In this document: in pieces, positions 22,675-32,998 of the stretch | Layout: each line of letters starts with the position of its first letter | How positions within the stretch are numbered: the stretch's first letter is position 1 | Source: an uncultured candidate division Zixibacteria bacterium | GTDB taxonomy: Bacteria > Zixibacteria > MSB-5A5 > GN15 > FEB-12 | Reading direction: 5' to 3' | Assembly (NCBI GenBank): GCA_963806185.1 | Contig: CAWDXE010000001.1 | Span: 832,001 to 896,000, forward strand | Length of the DNA: 64,000 nucleotides | Position numbers and translations under genes: made by a program | The notes under the pieces: generated by a model | Databases searched by the model: none | Told to the model about the DNA's origin: nothing | Seen by the model: the letters and a program-made list of their open reading frames with translations, nothing else

Positions 22675-23937
22675 TCAGAAGTTAGTAAGGCAGAACGGTC
22701 CGTGCGGCTGGGCAAACAGGCGGTCGATTGATTGGATCTGCCGGTCGTCGGAAATCTCCGCCAGCCCGTACAGGTGAAGTCTCGAAAACGAGATTGCCCC
22801 CAATACCAGCGATGAGAACTCGGCCACATTCATCGCAATCTCCACCTGCGGCTGTCCGCCCGCCACAACATGGGGACGGCCATGGTCGAACGAGACCGTT
22901 ACCGCGCCGTCGTTCTCCGGCATAAACGAATCGCGGATCACGAACCGGACGGTTACCGATTGATCGCCGAAGGAATGATCTTCGGTCACTTCGAAGAATC
23001 GTTTTGTATTGATCACCCGATACATCGCGCCGGCCGAATACAAACCTATCTGGTGGTAGACCGGTCCAAGCATGGTACCCGATCCGTCGCGCGGATCACG
23101 CACGGCAAAGTGGAAACTGGTGTCCCAGGTAGTAAAGATCACCCGGTTCACCTGATCGAACTGGCTCTGCATGAAAGCGCAGAGTTCCAAAAGCGCTGCG
23201 CGATCCTCCCACATCGGCTGCAACACGCGCAGATCATTCATCAGCATATTCAGCTGGTGCGCCGACTCGAAACGGAACAGCAGATAGCCGCGGATTTCCC
23301 CTCCTTCATCCACATAGCCGATATACCTGTTCTGCGGATTGGATTCCATTTTGATCCGCCAGTTCAGTTCAGTTTCATCGAGCAGACCGGTGTGTCGATC
23401 GTAGAAGCGCGAGTAGCAGGCCGCGAGCAGCGGCGCGTCATCGAGCGTCAGGTAGCGGACGTGCGCCTTCGCCTTCCCTTTCGGCAGTTCGGACGGCAGA
23501 AACTTGTACTGCACGATCGGCACGCTGTTGCCGAAGCCCATCTGGTAATAGAAATCGTGGCGGAACGGCCAGAGCACGGCAAGCGGCGCTTCGCGTTCGC
23601 GATAGAACTGCAGGTAGTACTGAACCATTTCCTTGGCGACCGCTTCCTTCTTGTGAAAGAGATCGACCGCTACCATTCCCAGGCCGCCGCAGCCGGCCGT
23701 TGTTTCAAACAGGCGCATCCGGTAGTCGATCATGCGCATGCCGCCGAGCATCTGCCCGTTGCGAAACAGCCCGTAACTCGCCGCGCGCGGATCGTCGTCC
23801 CACCGTCGCATCTTGGGCACGAACTTGCGGATTTCCTCTTCCGTGCTGGCCATCTTGAAGCCGGGATAGGCATCGACAACGAGCTGCCCGTAGCGGAAAT
23901 AGTCGTCGTCGGAGTTGATATGGCGAATGTCGACCAT
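22675..23937 (-). CDS. Eis-like GNAT acetyltransferase with C-terminal SCP2-like domain
   Basis: 420 aa; GLGMVAV..., LWPF...FYYQMGFG; tandem GNAT folds; I.DSFMPENDG in the C-domain. Confidence 0.85.
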   Translation of the reverse strand: MVDIRHINSDDDYFRYGQLVVDAYPGFKMASTEEEIRKFVPKMRRWDDDPRAASYGLFRNGQMLGGMRMIDYRMRLFETTAGCGGLGMVAVDLFHKKEAVAKEMVQYYLQFYREREAPLAVLWPFRHDFYYQMGFGNSVPIVQYKFLPSELPKGKAKAHVRYLTLDDAPLLAACYSRFYDRHTGLLDETELNWRIKMESNPQNRYIGYVDEGGEIRGYLLFRFESAHQLNMLMNDLRVLQPMWEDRAALLELCAFMQSQFDQVNRVIFTTWDTSFHFAVRDPRDGSGTMLGPVYHQIGLYSAGAMYRVINTKRFFEVTEDHSFGDQSVTVRFVIRDSFMPENDGAVTVSFDHGRPHVVAGGQPQVEIAMNVAEFSSLVLGAISFSRLHLYGLAEISDDRQIQSIDRLFAQPHGPFCLTNF

Positions 23938-23980
23938 GGGTATAGTCTATGATACTTCGTCCGCTTTGGCAAGTCGAACG

Positions 23981-25966
23981 TTACTCGTGCGCGGTCATCG
24001 TTGCGGGGCGCAGGGCATGGGTGCGGTATTCGCGGTAGGCCGTCTGATACCAGGCGATGGCGTCGCGCACCAGGCCCGAATCGGAATCCACCGGCAAGCG
24101 GGTGAATTTGCCGGTATCCGGGTCGCGCGCCCACAATTCTATATCCTGCTTCAGGCCGAGAACGGCGAGTCGATTGTCGCGCAGCAATGCCACGTCGCGA
24201 TTGTGATTCATCAGCGCCCAGGTTTGACCCTCGGCGACATCGAGCAGATTCCGCCCGAAGAACTGGCTTTCATAGCTCACGTTCAACAATCCGAGAATCG
24301 TCGGAGCGACGTCCAGCTGCGATCCGAGAATGTCGACCGGGCGCGCCTCGGGAATTAGTGCCGGGCAGTAGAGCAGTACCGGAATTTCATACGAATCCAT
24401 CGGAATCTGTTGCGCACCGTAGACGCGCGCGCCGTGATCGCCCAAGAACACAAACAGGGTGCTGTCGAAAAATTTGTGTGACCGGGCGTCGCGAATGAAT
24501 TTGCCGATGGCATAATCGGCGTATGACACGGCATTCTCGCGGCGCTGCTGCTTCGGATCGGCCGCGATGCGCCCCTCCGGATAGGTATAGGGCGTGTGAT
24601 TTGAGACCGTCAGCAGGGTCGCGAAGAAGGGCTTCCCGCCTGCGCTCATCGAATCACACACGGTCAGGGCGTTGTTGAACAAGTCCTCGTCGCACACTCC
24701 CCAAATGGTTTTGAACTGCACGTTGCGCATGTCCGTCTGGTCGATCACCCGGTCGAAATCGTTGTTGGCGGCAAAATCACCCAGATTATCAAAGTACGAC
24801 CGACCGCCATAGATGAACGTCGTCTGATACCCCTGCGATTTAAGCACCGACGGCAATGTAAACACATGATGACCGCCGGGGCGACGAACAATCGAGTTGC
24901 CCGGCAACGGCGGGAAACCGGCCAGCGTTGCCTCGATGCCGCGTACGGTTCGATTGCCCGTGGCATAAATGTGGCGCAGGAGCAGGCCGTGCATTGCCAG
25001 GCTGTCAAACTCAGGTGTAAGATGTCCATTCTCGGGGTGAAGCAGGCCGACAAACTTTGAGCCAAAGCTCTCTTCCAACACCAGCACGACATTGAATCGT
25101 CGCGCCTCACCCGCTCCCCGTATCATTCGCCCCTGCGGAACAGACTCGCGAGTGGTGTCAATCACATCGGATTCTTTGCGCACCATATCGCGAACGCGCC
25201 TGTCGGCCTCGGCATCGTCGATACGGGCATAATACGTGTCGTAATCCAGCTCATTGGTACTCAATGCATAGAAGAAACTATAGTAGCCGTTCCCGGCGAT
25301 TTCGTTGAGCACGCGGTTATCAGACACCTGCGTGAAGCGATACGACAGGCCAAAGTAGCCAAGAGCCGCAATCGCAACGTACAGAAGCAGGTATTTGGGC
25401 CACGCACCTCTGGGCTGCGGCAGGACCCGACTGACGAGAATGGTTCGACGCAAATAGTATACGACAAGCAGGGCGATGATCGCCGATGCAATGAGCACCT
25501 GGAAAACCGGATAGGTATCCCAGAGATTGACAAAGACTTCGTGGGGAAAGAGGAGGTAATCGACGGCGACATAGTTGAACCGGGAATCGAATTCGCCGAA
25601 GAAGAAGTATTCCACTACACCCAGATACAACAAGCCAAAGGTATAGATGAAAAAGCCAACCAGCACCAGTCCCCGCACTGTCACCGACTTGAGCCAACGT
25701 TCCGGCAAGATTGTCAGAAAGACAAAGTAGAGTGCGCACAAACAGGCGGCGACAAAGAGATCGAAAAGCAGGCCGACGAGCAGGGCCGGGATGATGGACA
25801 GAAAATCGCCGTGCAGTTCACCTGCCCCGGCAAGAATCAAACTGATTCGAGTAAGTACGCAGACTGCGAGGTAGATACCAACGGCCACGCCCCAACCGGA
25901 ATAGCGGCTGTGAAAGAGAGCGGTGAGGGCACTGCGCGTGCGCGAACTGATTTGAGACAGAACCAT
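23981..25966 (-). CDS. LTA synthase family / phosphoglycerol transferase-like membrane sulfatase
   Basis: About 5 N-terminal TM helices; NVVLVLEESF, catalytic Thr in GNRTVRG, SNHTPY and GDHG. Confidence 0.88.
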   Translation of the reverse strand: MVLSQISSRTRSALTALFHSRYSGWGVAVGIYLAVCVLTRISLILAGAGELHGDFLSIIPALLVGLLFDLFVAACLCALYFVFLTILPERWLKSVTVRGLVLVGFFIYTFGLLYLGVVEYFFFGEFDSRFNYVAVDYLLFPHEVFVNLWDTYPVFQVLIASAIIALLVVYYLRRTILVSRVLPQPRGAWPKYLLLYVAIAALGYFGLSYRFTQVSDNRVLNEIAGNGYYSFFYALSTNELDYDTYYARIDDAEADRRVRDMVRKESDVIDTTRESVPQGRMIRGAGEARRFNVVLVLEESFGSKFVGLLHPENGHLTPEFDSLAMHGLLLRHIYATGNRTVRGIEATLAGFPPLPGNSIVRRPGGHHVFTLPSVLKSQGYQTTFIYGGRSYFDNLGDFAANNDFDRVIDQTDMRNVQFKTIWGVCDEDLFNNALTVCDSMSAGGKPFFATLLTVSNHTPYTYPEGRIAADPKQQRRENAVSYADYAIGKFIRDARSHKFFDSTLFVFLGDHGARVYGAQQIPMDSYEIPVLLYCPALIPEARPVDILGSQLDVAPTILGLLNVSYESQFFGRNLLDVAEGQTWALMNHNRDVALLRDNRLAVLGLKQDIELWARDPDTGKFTRLPVDSDSGLVRDAIAWYQTAYREYRTHALRPATMTAHE

Positions 25967-26082
25967 CCGGTCGCCCGTAAACCTCCGGTTAATGATCGAT
26001 TGGTAAGCTCTAATTTATACATTCTGACTGAGGAACGCACCGAGTTTTCTATCCGCTCGATATGTTGCAATAATGCAACGGG

Positions 26083-26586
26083 TTACGAGTCTATGCGCGC
26101 GAGTCGCCGGAGTGCTTCATCGGTCACACGGAAAACGGTCCAGTCAGTCTGCGGAACGGCGCCGAGATTCTGATAAAATTCTATAGCCGGTTCATTCCAA
26201 TCCAGCACCGCCCACTCAAATCGTCCGCAATCACGCTCCATTGCGATTTGTGCGAGGCGAACCAGCATCTTTCGACCAAACCCTCGCCCCCGTATTTCGG
26301 GCGCGACATACAGGTCTTCCAGGTATAGCCCCGGTTTACCAAGAAACGTCGAAAAATTATGAAAGAACAACGCAAAGGCCACCGGCTCGCCGTCGTACTC
26401 CCCGATTATGGCCTCCGCCACTTTGCGCCCCCCGAACAGATTGTGCCGCAGCGTGTCCTCTGTGGCAACGACCGCGTGCGCCAACTTCTCGTACTCGGCC
26501 AGTTCCTTGATCAATCGAAGCAACAGCGCGACATCGCTGACAGTTGCTTCGCGGATAACCAACTGCTCGGATGCAGACATAGCCAA
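26083..26586 (-). CDS. GNAT N-acetyltransferase (spermidine/diamine acetyltransferase-like)
   Basis: ELAEYEK, GLYLEDLYV.PE.RGRGFG and W.VLDWNEPAIEFY. Confidence 0.9.
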   Translation of the reverse strand: MAMSASEQLVIREATVSDVALLLRLIKELAEYEKLAHAVVATEDTLRHNLFGGRKVAEAIIGEYDGEPVAFALFFHNFSTFLGKPGLYLEDLYVAPEIRGRGFGRKMLVRLAQIAMERDCGRFEWAVLDWNEPAIEFYQNLGAVPQTDWTVFRVTDEALRRLARIDS

Positions 26587-26590
26587 TCTC

Positions 26591-27199
26591 CTACCAGATT
26601 TCTTCGTTCAGGCTCCGCCACAGGTACCACGAGGCAACCGAGCGATGCGGCTGCCACCGCTGGGCGAAATCGTCGTATTCGGCGACGGTCTCGAATGCTT
26701 CATACCATTTGTCGATCGCTTTGCGCAGCCCCAGATCAAGCGGCGCGAAAACGTCGGGGCGCGCCAGCACGAAGATCAGGTACATCTGCGCCGACCAGTT
26801 GCCGACACCGATCACCTGCGTCAGTTCGGCGATAACGTCATGATCGGGGATTTTGGCCAAACGGTGGAAATTCACCTGCCCCTGTTCCACCTTGGTCGCG
26901 AGATCGCGAACATATCTGATTTTTCCGCTGGAGAGGCCGGCCGAACGAAGCGAAACGTCATCAATACTCAACAGAGATTCCGGGGTCAGCTTGCGACCGT
27001 CATTGAGCGCGCGTACGCGGCGATTTATGGCATCGGCTGAAGCTCCGGACAGCTGCTGCCCGATAATGATCTCGATCATGCGTCCGAATCCGCCCGGCCG
27101 TCGACAAATCGGACATGGCCCGACGCGCCGGATGATTTTTCGCATGACCGGATCGACCGCGCAAAGATGTCGTTCGGCGTGATGGTTGGCGCTTGGCAT
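26591..27199 (-). CDS. alkA: DNA-3-methyladenine glycosylase II (AlkA, HhH-GPD family)
   Basis: IIGQQLS, GLS..K..Y, HhH L..V.GVG.WSA.M, catalytic D.G.R and W.P.RS.A..YLW. Confidence 0.85.
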   Translation of the reverse strand: MPSANHHAERHLCAVDPVMRKIIRRVGPCPICRRPGGFGRMIEIIIGQQLSGASADAINRRVRALNDGRKLTPESLLSIDDVSLRSAGLSSGKIRYVRDLATKVEQGQVNFHRLAKIPDHDVIAELTQVIGVGNWSAQMYLIFVLARPDVFAPLDLGLRKAIDKWYEAFETVAEYDDFAQRWQPHRSVASWYLWRSLNEEIW

Positions 27200-27307
27200 G
27201 CGGAATAATACCGCTTCCCGAACATGGAGCGCAACAGTCTCATCGTCACTTTCGTATTCAATTTTGGTTGCTGACCGACCAGCCGTTGGTGATATTGTCC
27301 GGACAGG

Positions 27308-30295
27308 TTGCCGCCATTAACTGATTTCGGAGTCAATGTGAATCTGCTATCGAACGATGACACCCGTCCCTTTCCGGTGTTGAGCGCCGGAGTCATGATC
27401 GGCCACTATCAGATCATCGAACGGATAGGAGCAGGTGGCATGGGCGAGGTGTTTCTGGCCGAGGACACCCAGCTTAAACGACGAGTGGCTCTGAAGTTTC
27501 TCCCTCCCCAATTCCTGGCCGAGGAAGACTACAAGACCCGCTTTCGTCGCGAGGCCCAGGCCGCGGCCGCTCTGAATCATCCCAATATCGTGACTATCCA
27601 CGAGGTAGCCGAACACATGGGACGGCCGTATATCGCCATGGAGCACGTCACCGGTCAGTCATTGCGGCAGAAGATTCAGACGGCGCCGCTGGCCATTGAG
27701 GACATTCTCGATCTGGGCATACAGATCGGCGAAGGACTGGCCAAGGCGCATCAACACGGCATCATCCATCGCGATATCAAGTCTATGAACATTCTGGTCG
27801 ACGCTGACGGTCGGGCGCGCATTCTCGATTTCGGACTGGCCGCGGTACAGGGAAGCGAACAGCTCACGCGCGCCGGCTCCACGCTGGGCACGGTGGCCTA
27901 TATGTCGCCGGAGCAGGTACTGGGCAAGCCGACCGATCACCGCTCCGACATTTTTTCGTTTGGCGTCGTACTCTTCGAGATGATCACCGGCCGCCTGCCG
28001 TTCACGCGCGATAACGACATCGCCACAGCCCAGGCGATTGCCAATGATCCGGCGCCACCGCTGCAAAATCTGCGCGCCTCCGCCACACCCGGTCTTCAGG
28101 CGATTATCGACAAGGCCCTGGATAAGGACAATAAGACCCGATATCAGACCGCCAACGATATGGTGGCTGATCTCAGGCGCGAAAAGCGGCTGCTGGATTC
28201 CGGCGCCCGCACAGCGTCGTATTCCGGTTCGGCGCTAGCGACCGCAAAAAAGAAACCGGCGTGGCGGGCAATTGCCCTCTCCGGAACGGCCCTCGTGATC
28301 GTCGTCGCCGCACTTCTCGTCCTGAAACCGTGGCAGTTCGAACTGAAATCGAGCAACGATGCCGTCGCGGGTGAAAACCGGCTCGCCATCATGTATTTCG
28401 ACAATCTGGCCGACCCCGACGATTCCCAGCGCATGGGACAGATCGTCACCGATCTGCTCATCACCGATTTGTCGGAGGCGCAGAATCTCAATGTCGTCTC
28501 CAGTCAGCGCCTCTATGATCTCCTCAAGCAGTTGGGCAAGGAGGGGGTGCGGTCGGTCGACAAGGAGACCGCGTCGCGCGTGGCGGAAAAGGCGCGCGCC
28601 AAGTGGATGCTGACCGGCAAGATTCTTCAGAGCACGCCAAAAGTCGTGCTGACCGCACAGGTGATCGACGTACAGAGCGGCGAAGTGAAGGCATCGAAGC
28701 GGATGGCGAGTAATGACGGCGAAGATATCTTCTCGCTGGTCGATAGACTGACGCTTGAATTGAGCAACGATCTTTCCGCGCCGGTATCCTCCGGACCGTC
28801 CAGTCACGCCCTCGCCGGCGCGACCACTCACTCGCAGGACGCCTATCGGTTGTTCCTCGAGGGCGTCGAGTTGATGATGGAGTTCAAAATGGATCAGGCC
28901 CGCGAGCGGTTTGTCGAGGCGCTCAAATATGATTCGACCATGGCGATGGCCTATTACCTGCTGTCGAACGGCAGTTCCAACGAGCAGGCGCAGGAGTATC
29001 TGGCCAAGGCGGTCAAGTTCGCCGATCGCGCCAGCCAGAAAGAGCGGTGGTATATCGCCAGCCGTCAGGCGGCGTTTAACGGTCGCTCCGATAGCGCCGT
29101 GTACTTTCTCAACCAGATCATCCAGCGCTACCCCGATGACAAAGAGGCGCACTACTTTCTGGCCACCGGGTACAGCGATCAAGGGCGTTTCCCCGAGGCA
29201 ATCGCGGAACTGGAAAAGGTGCTGGCGCTCGATCCCACCTACAAGGTAGCCGTGAATCAGCTCGGGTACATGTATATGCGCACGCAGGAATTTGCCAAAG
29301 CCGAAGACATCTTCAATCGTTACATCGCCATTGTACCGGACGAACCGAACCCGTACGACAGTCGCGCCGATCTCTACGCCTGGACCGGCCGGTTCACTGA
29401 GGCTATAGCCTCGTACAGTCGCACGCTGAAGGTTGATTCGTCCTTCTTCCAGAGCCGCATGAAGCTCTTCTCGCTCTATGTCTGGGTCGGCAACTACGAC
29501 AGCGCGGCGACGCTCATCCCTCGACTCCTGCAGGGAAGGAATGCCGAGGAGGTGGCGTTGGGTCGATCCGGCTCGGCCGCGATCAAGCTGGCACAAGGAC
29601 AATTTCGCGGGGCCTATGACGATATCTCGTCGGAATTCGCTGCCGTGTTCAGGAACGGCAAGCCGGCCGAACAGTTGGTCGGGTATCAGCGACTTTTCGG
29701 CATCGCCTACTACGCGGGCTGGACGGACACCATGAAAGCAGTGCTGCTGCGCATGGAACCGATACTGGCCGCTATCCCCGAGAACATCTTCCGCGGCCGC
29801 GATACCTGGGCGAGGTACTACGCACTGGTGGGTGATAAACAGAAGGCCGACAGCCTACTGACTTCTCTTGAAACCGATCTGCTGGCGAAATTCAAATCGC
29901 TGCCGGACGACTATCTGACAACCCGCGCAGTCCTGGACACTTGGCTGGGACGGCCGGAACGATCGGTCGCCCCGCTCGAACGGATGATGACGAAAATTCC
30001 GCTCCCCTTCGGGTCAGCCGTTCGCCTGTGTCAAGCGTACGTAGCGCTCAAGCAGTACGACAAGGCGATTGTTCTGCTTGAGAAGGCGATGCAGGTCTGC
30101 AATTCCGATTGGCTCTTCTCGGCCACTCTGCACGCTGAAGGGTACTACATGCTGGGGCAAGCGTACGAGGCGACGCAGCAGAATCAGAAGGCGGCCGAGG
30201 CGTACACCAGGTTTCTTGATATCTACAAGAACGCCGATCCGGGCCAGCCGAAGGTGGCTGATGCGCGGGCGCGCCTGGCGAAGTTGAAGGCGTAG
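27308..30295 (+). CDS. Hanks-type Ser/Thr protein kinase with TM helix, TolB-N-like domain and TPR repeats
   Basis: GAGGMG, VALK, HRDIKSMN, DFG and GTVAYMSPEQ; TM helix near aa 325; LAIMYFDN; many TPRs. Start codon uncertain. Confidence 0.92.
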   Translation: MPPLTDFGVNVNLLSNDDTRPFPVLSAGVMIGHYQIIERIGAGGMGEVFLAEDTQLKRRVALKFLPPQFLAEEDYKTRFRREAQAAAALNHPNIVTIHEVAEHMGRPYIAMEHVTGQSLRQKIQTAPLAIEDILDLGIQIGEGLAKAHQHGIIHRDIKSMNILVDADGRARILDFGLAAVQGSEQLTRAGSTLGTVAYMSPEQVLGKPTDHRSDIFSFGVVLFEMITGRLPFTRDNDIATAQAIANDPAPPLQNLRASATPGLQAIIDKALDKDNKTRYQTANDMVADLRREKRLLDSGARTASYSGSALATAKKKPAWRAIALSGTALVIVVAALLVLKPWQFELKSSNDAVAGENRLAIMYFDNLADPDDSQRMGQIVTDLLITDLSEAQNLNVVSSQRLYDLLKQLGKEGVRSVDKETASRVAEKARAKWMLTGKILQSTPKVVLTAQVIDVQSGEVKASKRMASNDGEDIFSLVDRLTLELSNDLSAPVSSGPSSHALAGATTHSQDAYRLFLEGVELMMEFKMDQARERFVEALKYDSTMAMAYYLLSNGSSNEQAQEYLAKAVKFADRASQKERWYIASRQAAFNGRSDSAVYFLNQIIQRYPDDKEAHYFLATGYSDQGRFPEAIAELEKVLALDPTYKVAVNQLGYMYMRTQEFAKAEDIFNRYIAIVPDEPNPYDSRADLYAWTGRFTEAIASYSRTLKVDSSFFQSRMKLFSLYVWVGNYDSAATLIPRLLQGRNAEEVALGRSGSAAIKLAQGQFRGAYDDISSEFAAVFRNGKPAEQLVGYQRLFGIAYYAGWTDTMKAVLLRMEPILAAIPENIFRGRDTWARYYALVGDKQKADSLLTSLETDLLAKFKSLPDDYLTTRAVLDTWLGRPERSVAPLERMMTKIPLPFGSAVRLCQAYVALKQYDKAIVLLEKAMQVCNSDWLFSATLHAEGYYMLGQAYEATQQNQKAAEAYTRFLDIYKNADPGQPKVADARARLAKLKA

Positions 30296-30310
30296 GAGTC
30301 GGGCCACTTC

Positions 30311-30792
30311 GTAGTAGGTCAGGGGCCTCGCGCCCCTGACAGAAGGCTGCACTGCGGCATCAGAATAGAACGTCAGGATCACCCGCTAAGAAGCGGGGAT
30401 CCTGACCTACAAGACACTTACTTCTCCCCAAGGTCATCCCCGCCCTCCCCAATGTCATCCCCGCCCTCCCCAATGTCATCCCCGCCCTCCCCAATGTCAT
30501 CCCCGCCTTGAGCGGGGATCTATCCTCGGCACCAATGCGCCAAGTGACCATCTCTGCACAGCGGGTGTGATCCATCAGCAAAAGAGAGCTGAGAGATCGC
30601 CACGGCGCGAAGCGCGCCTCGCGATGACATCATAGGCGGATTTCATCTGTATTCGCGTATCACGGCGCTCACTCTTCCTCCCTCTCCCTCTGGGAGAGGG
30701 TTGGAGTGAGGGCCAAGTACGCTGAAGCGGCCGGCGAACGAGAGGTACGCCGGCCATAACCGACCGTCAGGCTCGCAGGGAGCCTGACCTAC
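30311..30792. repeat. Intergenic REP island between the convergent kinase gene and lysS
   Basis: GTAG hairpins at ~30314, 30371-30410 and 30766-30792; 21-bp stutter GTCATCCCCGCC x4 (30433-30521); GTC hairpin at 30589-30628; CCCTCTCCC element at 30678-30714; GGCCGGCG..CGCCGGCC at ~30729. Confidence 0.9.
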
Positions 30793-32373
30793 TTTTTCTC
30801 TTCTTCAATCAGCTGCACCAGAATCTTCGATACCGGCACCGAGCCGTCCTTGGTGTCCTTCATCTGCGGGAAGAAGAGCACGTCGCGGATCGACTGCTGA
30901 TCGGTGAGCAGCATCACCAGCCGATCGATGCCAAACCCCAGCCCGGCGGTCGGCGGCATGCCATACGCCAGCGCGGTGATGAAATCGTCATCGAGCGGCT
31001 GTGCTTCCTCGTCACCGGCCTCCATCGCCTTCCCCTGCTGCAGGAAGCGATTGAGCTGATCGACCGGATCGTTCAGCTCGCTGAACGCATTCCCCATTTC
31101 CTGACCGCAGATAAACAGTTCAAACCGTTCGGTAAAGCGCGGGTCGGTGCGATGGCGCTTGGCCAACGGAGAGATTTCCACCGGGTGATCGGCAATGAAC
31201 GTCGGCTGTATCAGATTCGGTTCAACCTTCGCCTCCCATACCGCCTCGATCACCTTGCCGAGATTGATCATCCCTTCTTCGGGCATGTGCAGCTTTTTCG
31301 CCGCATCCTTGGCCTGTTCGAATGACAGTTCGGTGAAATCGACTCCGGTCGCCTCCTTCACCGAATCAACCATCGATACCCAGCGGAACTTCGGTTCGAA
31401 ATCAATCTCCTGACCGCCGAACGTGATCTTGTACTTACCATACAATGCGAACACCGTGTGCCGGAGCATCTCTTCGTAGAATGCCGCCATGTCGTGATAA
31501 TCGGCATACGCCCAGTACAGCTCGATCATCGAGAATTCCGGATTGTGCTTGCGGTCCATCCCTTCGTTGCGGAAATCCTTGCAGAACTCCCAGACCTTTT
31601 CGATACCCGCCGACAATCAACCGCTTAAGGTACAGTTCGTCGGCAATTCGCATGTACATCGGGATATCGAGCGTGTTGTGATGCGTCTTGAACGGGCGCG
31701 CCGACGCCCCGCCATAGAGCGGCTGAAGAATCGGCGTCTCCACTTCGAGAAATCCCTTATTATTCAGATAGTCGCGCAGGATCTGAATAATCTTTGAACG
31801 CTGCACAAACGTCGCACGAACGTCCGGGTTGACGATCAGGTCGGCGTAGCGGCGGCGGTAGCGCGTCTCAATATCGGTGAGACCCGAATGTTTGTCCGGA
31901 AGCGGGTGCAGTGACTTGGACAGCAGCTGAAAGGAGCTGACTTTGACCGTCCGCTCACCGGTGCGCGTGACGAAAACGTTACCCTGGCAGCCGATGATAT
32001 CACCGATATCGAGCAGGTCGAAGATGTCAAAATTCTCCTGGCCGACTTCGTCGCGCTTGACATAAATCTGGATTCGGTCGGTAGTATCGCGAAGGTCGGC
32101 GAAAAAGACCTTCCCCATCTTCCGATTGAGCATGATGCGCCCGGTGATGCGCACGACCGTATGCTCCTGCTCAAGTGTCTCGAAATTGGCGAGCAGGTCG
32201 GCGATGTGATTTGTCCAGTCGTACTTGTACGGATACGGATCGACACCCCTGGCCACCAGCTCGGCCGTCTTTTGACGGCGGATGCGGATCAGGTCGGCCA
32301 ACGGTACCTGGATTTGCTCTGCTTCGGAGGGATTGTGACCCGCCGCGGGATTGTGATTCTTCTCTTCGTTCAT
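30789..32373 (-). CDS. lysS: Lysyl-tRNA synthetase class II; one apparent frameshift (~31615)
   Basis: OB-fold, YRRRYADL, EVETPIL, GGASARPF, FRNEG.D..HNPEF, ERFELF and YGMPPTAG.G.GIDRL. Confidence 0.96.
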
Positions 32374-32425
32374 CTGTTATCCTCAACGCCCGCGACGGGG
32401 CGTCCGGCGGGCTGATGCTGTTTAC

Positions 32426-32938
32426 CTAGCGAAAATTCTTGTACTTCTTATCAACGGCTCGTTTGACTGACGGCGGTACGAGCCCTCTGATCTCGCCGCC
32501 GTTGCGGGCGACATCTTTGACAATCGACGACGATAAGTAGACCCAGGAAAGCGACGGCATGAGAAAAACCGTCTCCACGTCGCGCGCCAGTTTTCGGTTC
32601 ATGAGACCCATCTGAAATTCGTACTCAAAGTCGGAGACAGCTCGCAAACCGCGAATAATCGCCACCGCCTTGAGATCGTGCACGAGATCGGCAAGCATTC
32701 CGTCGAAGCCGACCACGCTGACGTTCCGGCCGAGCTTGGCGGCTTTGATCGACCCGGCCATCATTGTCAGCCGCTCGTCAAAAGTGAAGGCCGGATTCTT
32801 GCTCGTCCCCTTTGCCACCGCCACCACCAATTCATCAAACAGACGCGAGGCCCGTTCGATGAGCGACATATGACCGTTGGTCACCGGGTCGAACGTTCCC
32901 GGATACACCGCACGACGGACCATCCGTTTGTTAGCCAT
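32426..32938 (-). CDS. coaD: Phosphopantetheine adenylyltransferase
   Basis: YPGTFDPVTNGH, RGLRAVSDFEYE and SSSIVK. Confidence 0.97.
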   Translation of the reverse strand: MANKRMVRRAVYPGTFDPVTNGHMSLIERASRLFDELVVAVAKGTSKNPAFTFDERLTMMAGSIKAAKLGRNVSVVGFDGMLADLVHDLKAVAIIRGLRAVSDFEYEFQMGLMNRKLARDVETVFLMPSLSWVYLSSSIVKDVARNGGEIRGLVPPSVKRAVDKKYKNFR

Positions 32939-32998
32939 GATCTTCCAGAACTCCTCTTGTGGCTCTAAACATAGCCGGTATGATGCCGTACGGCAAGC

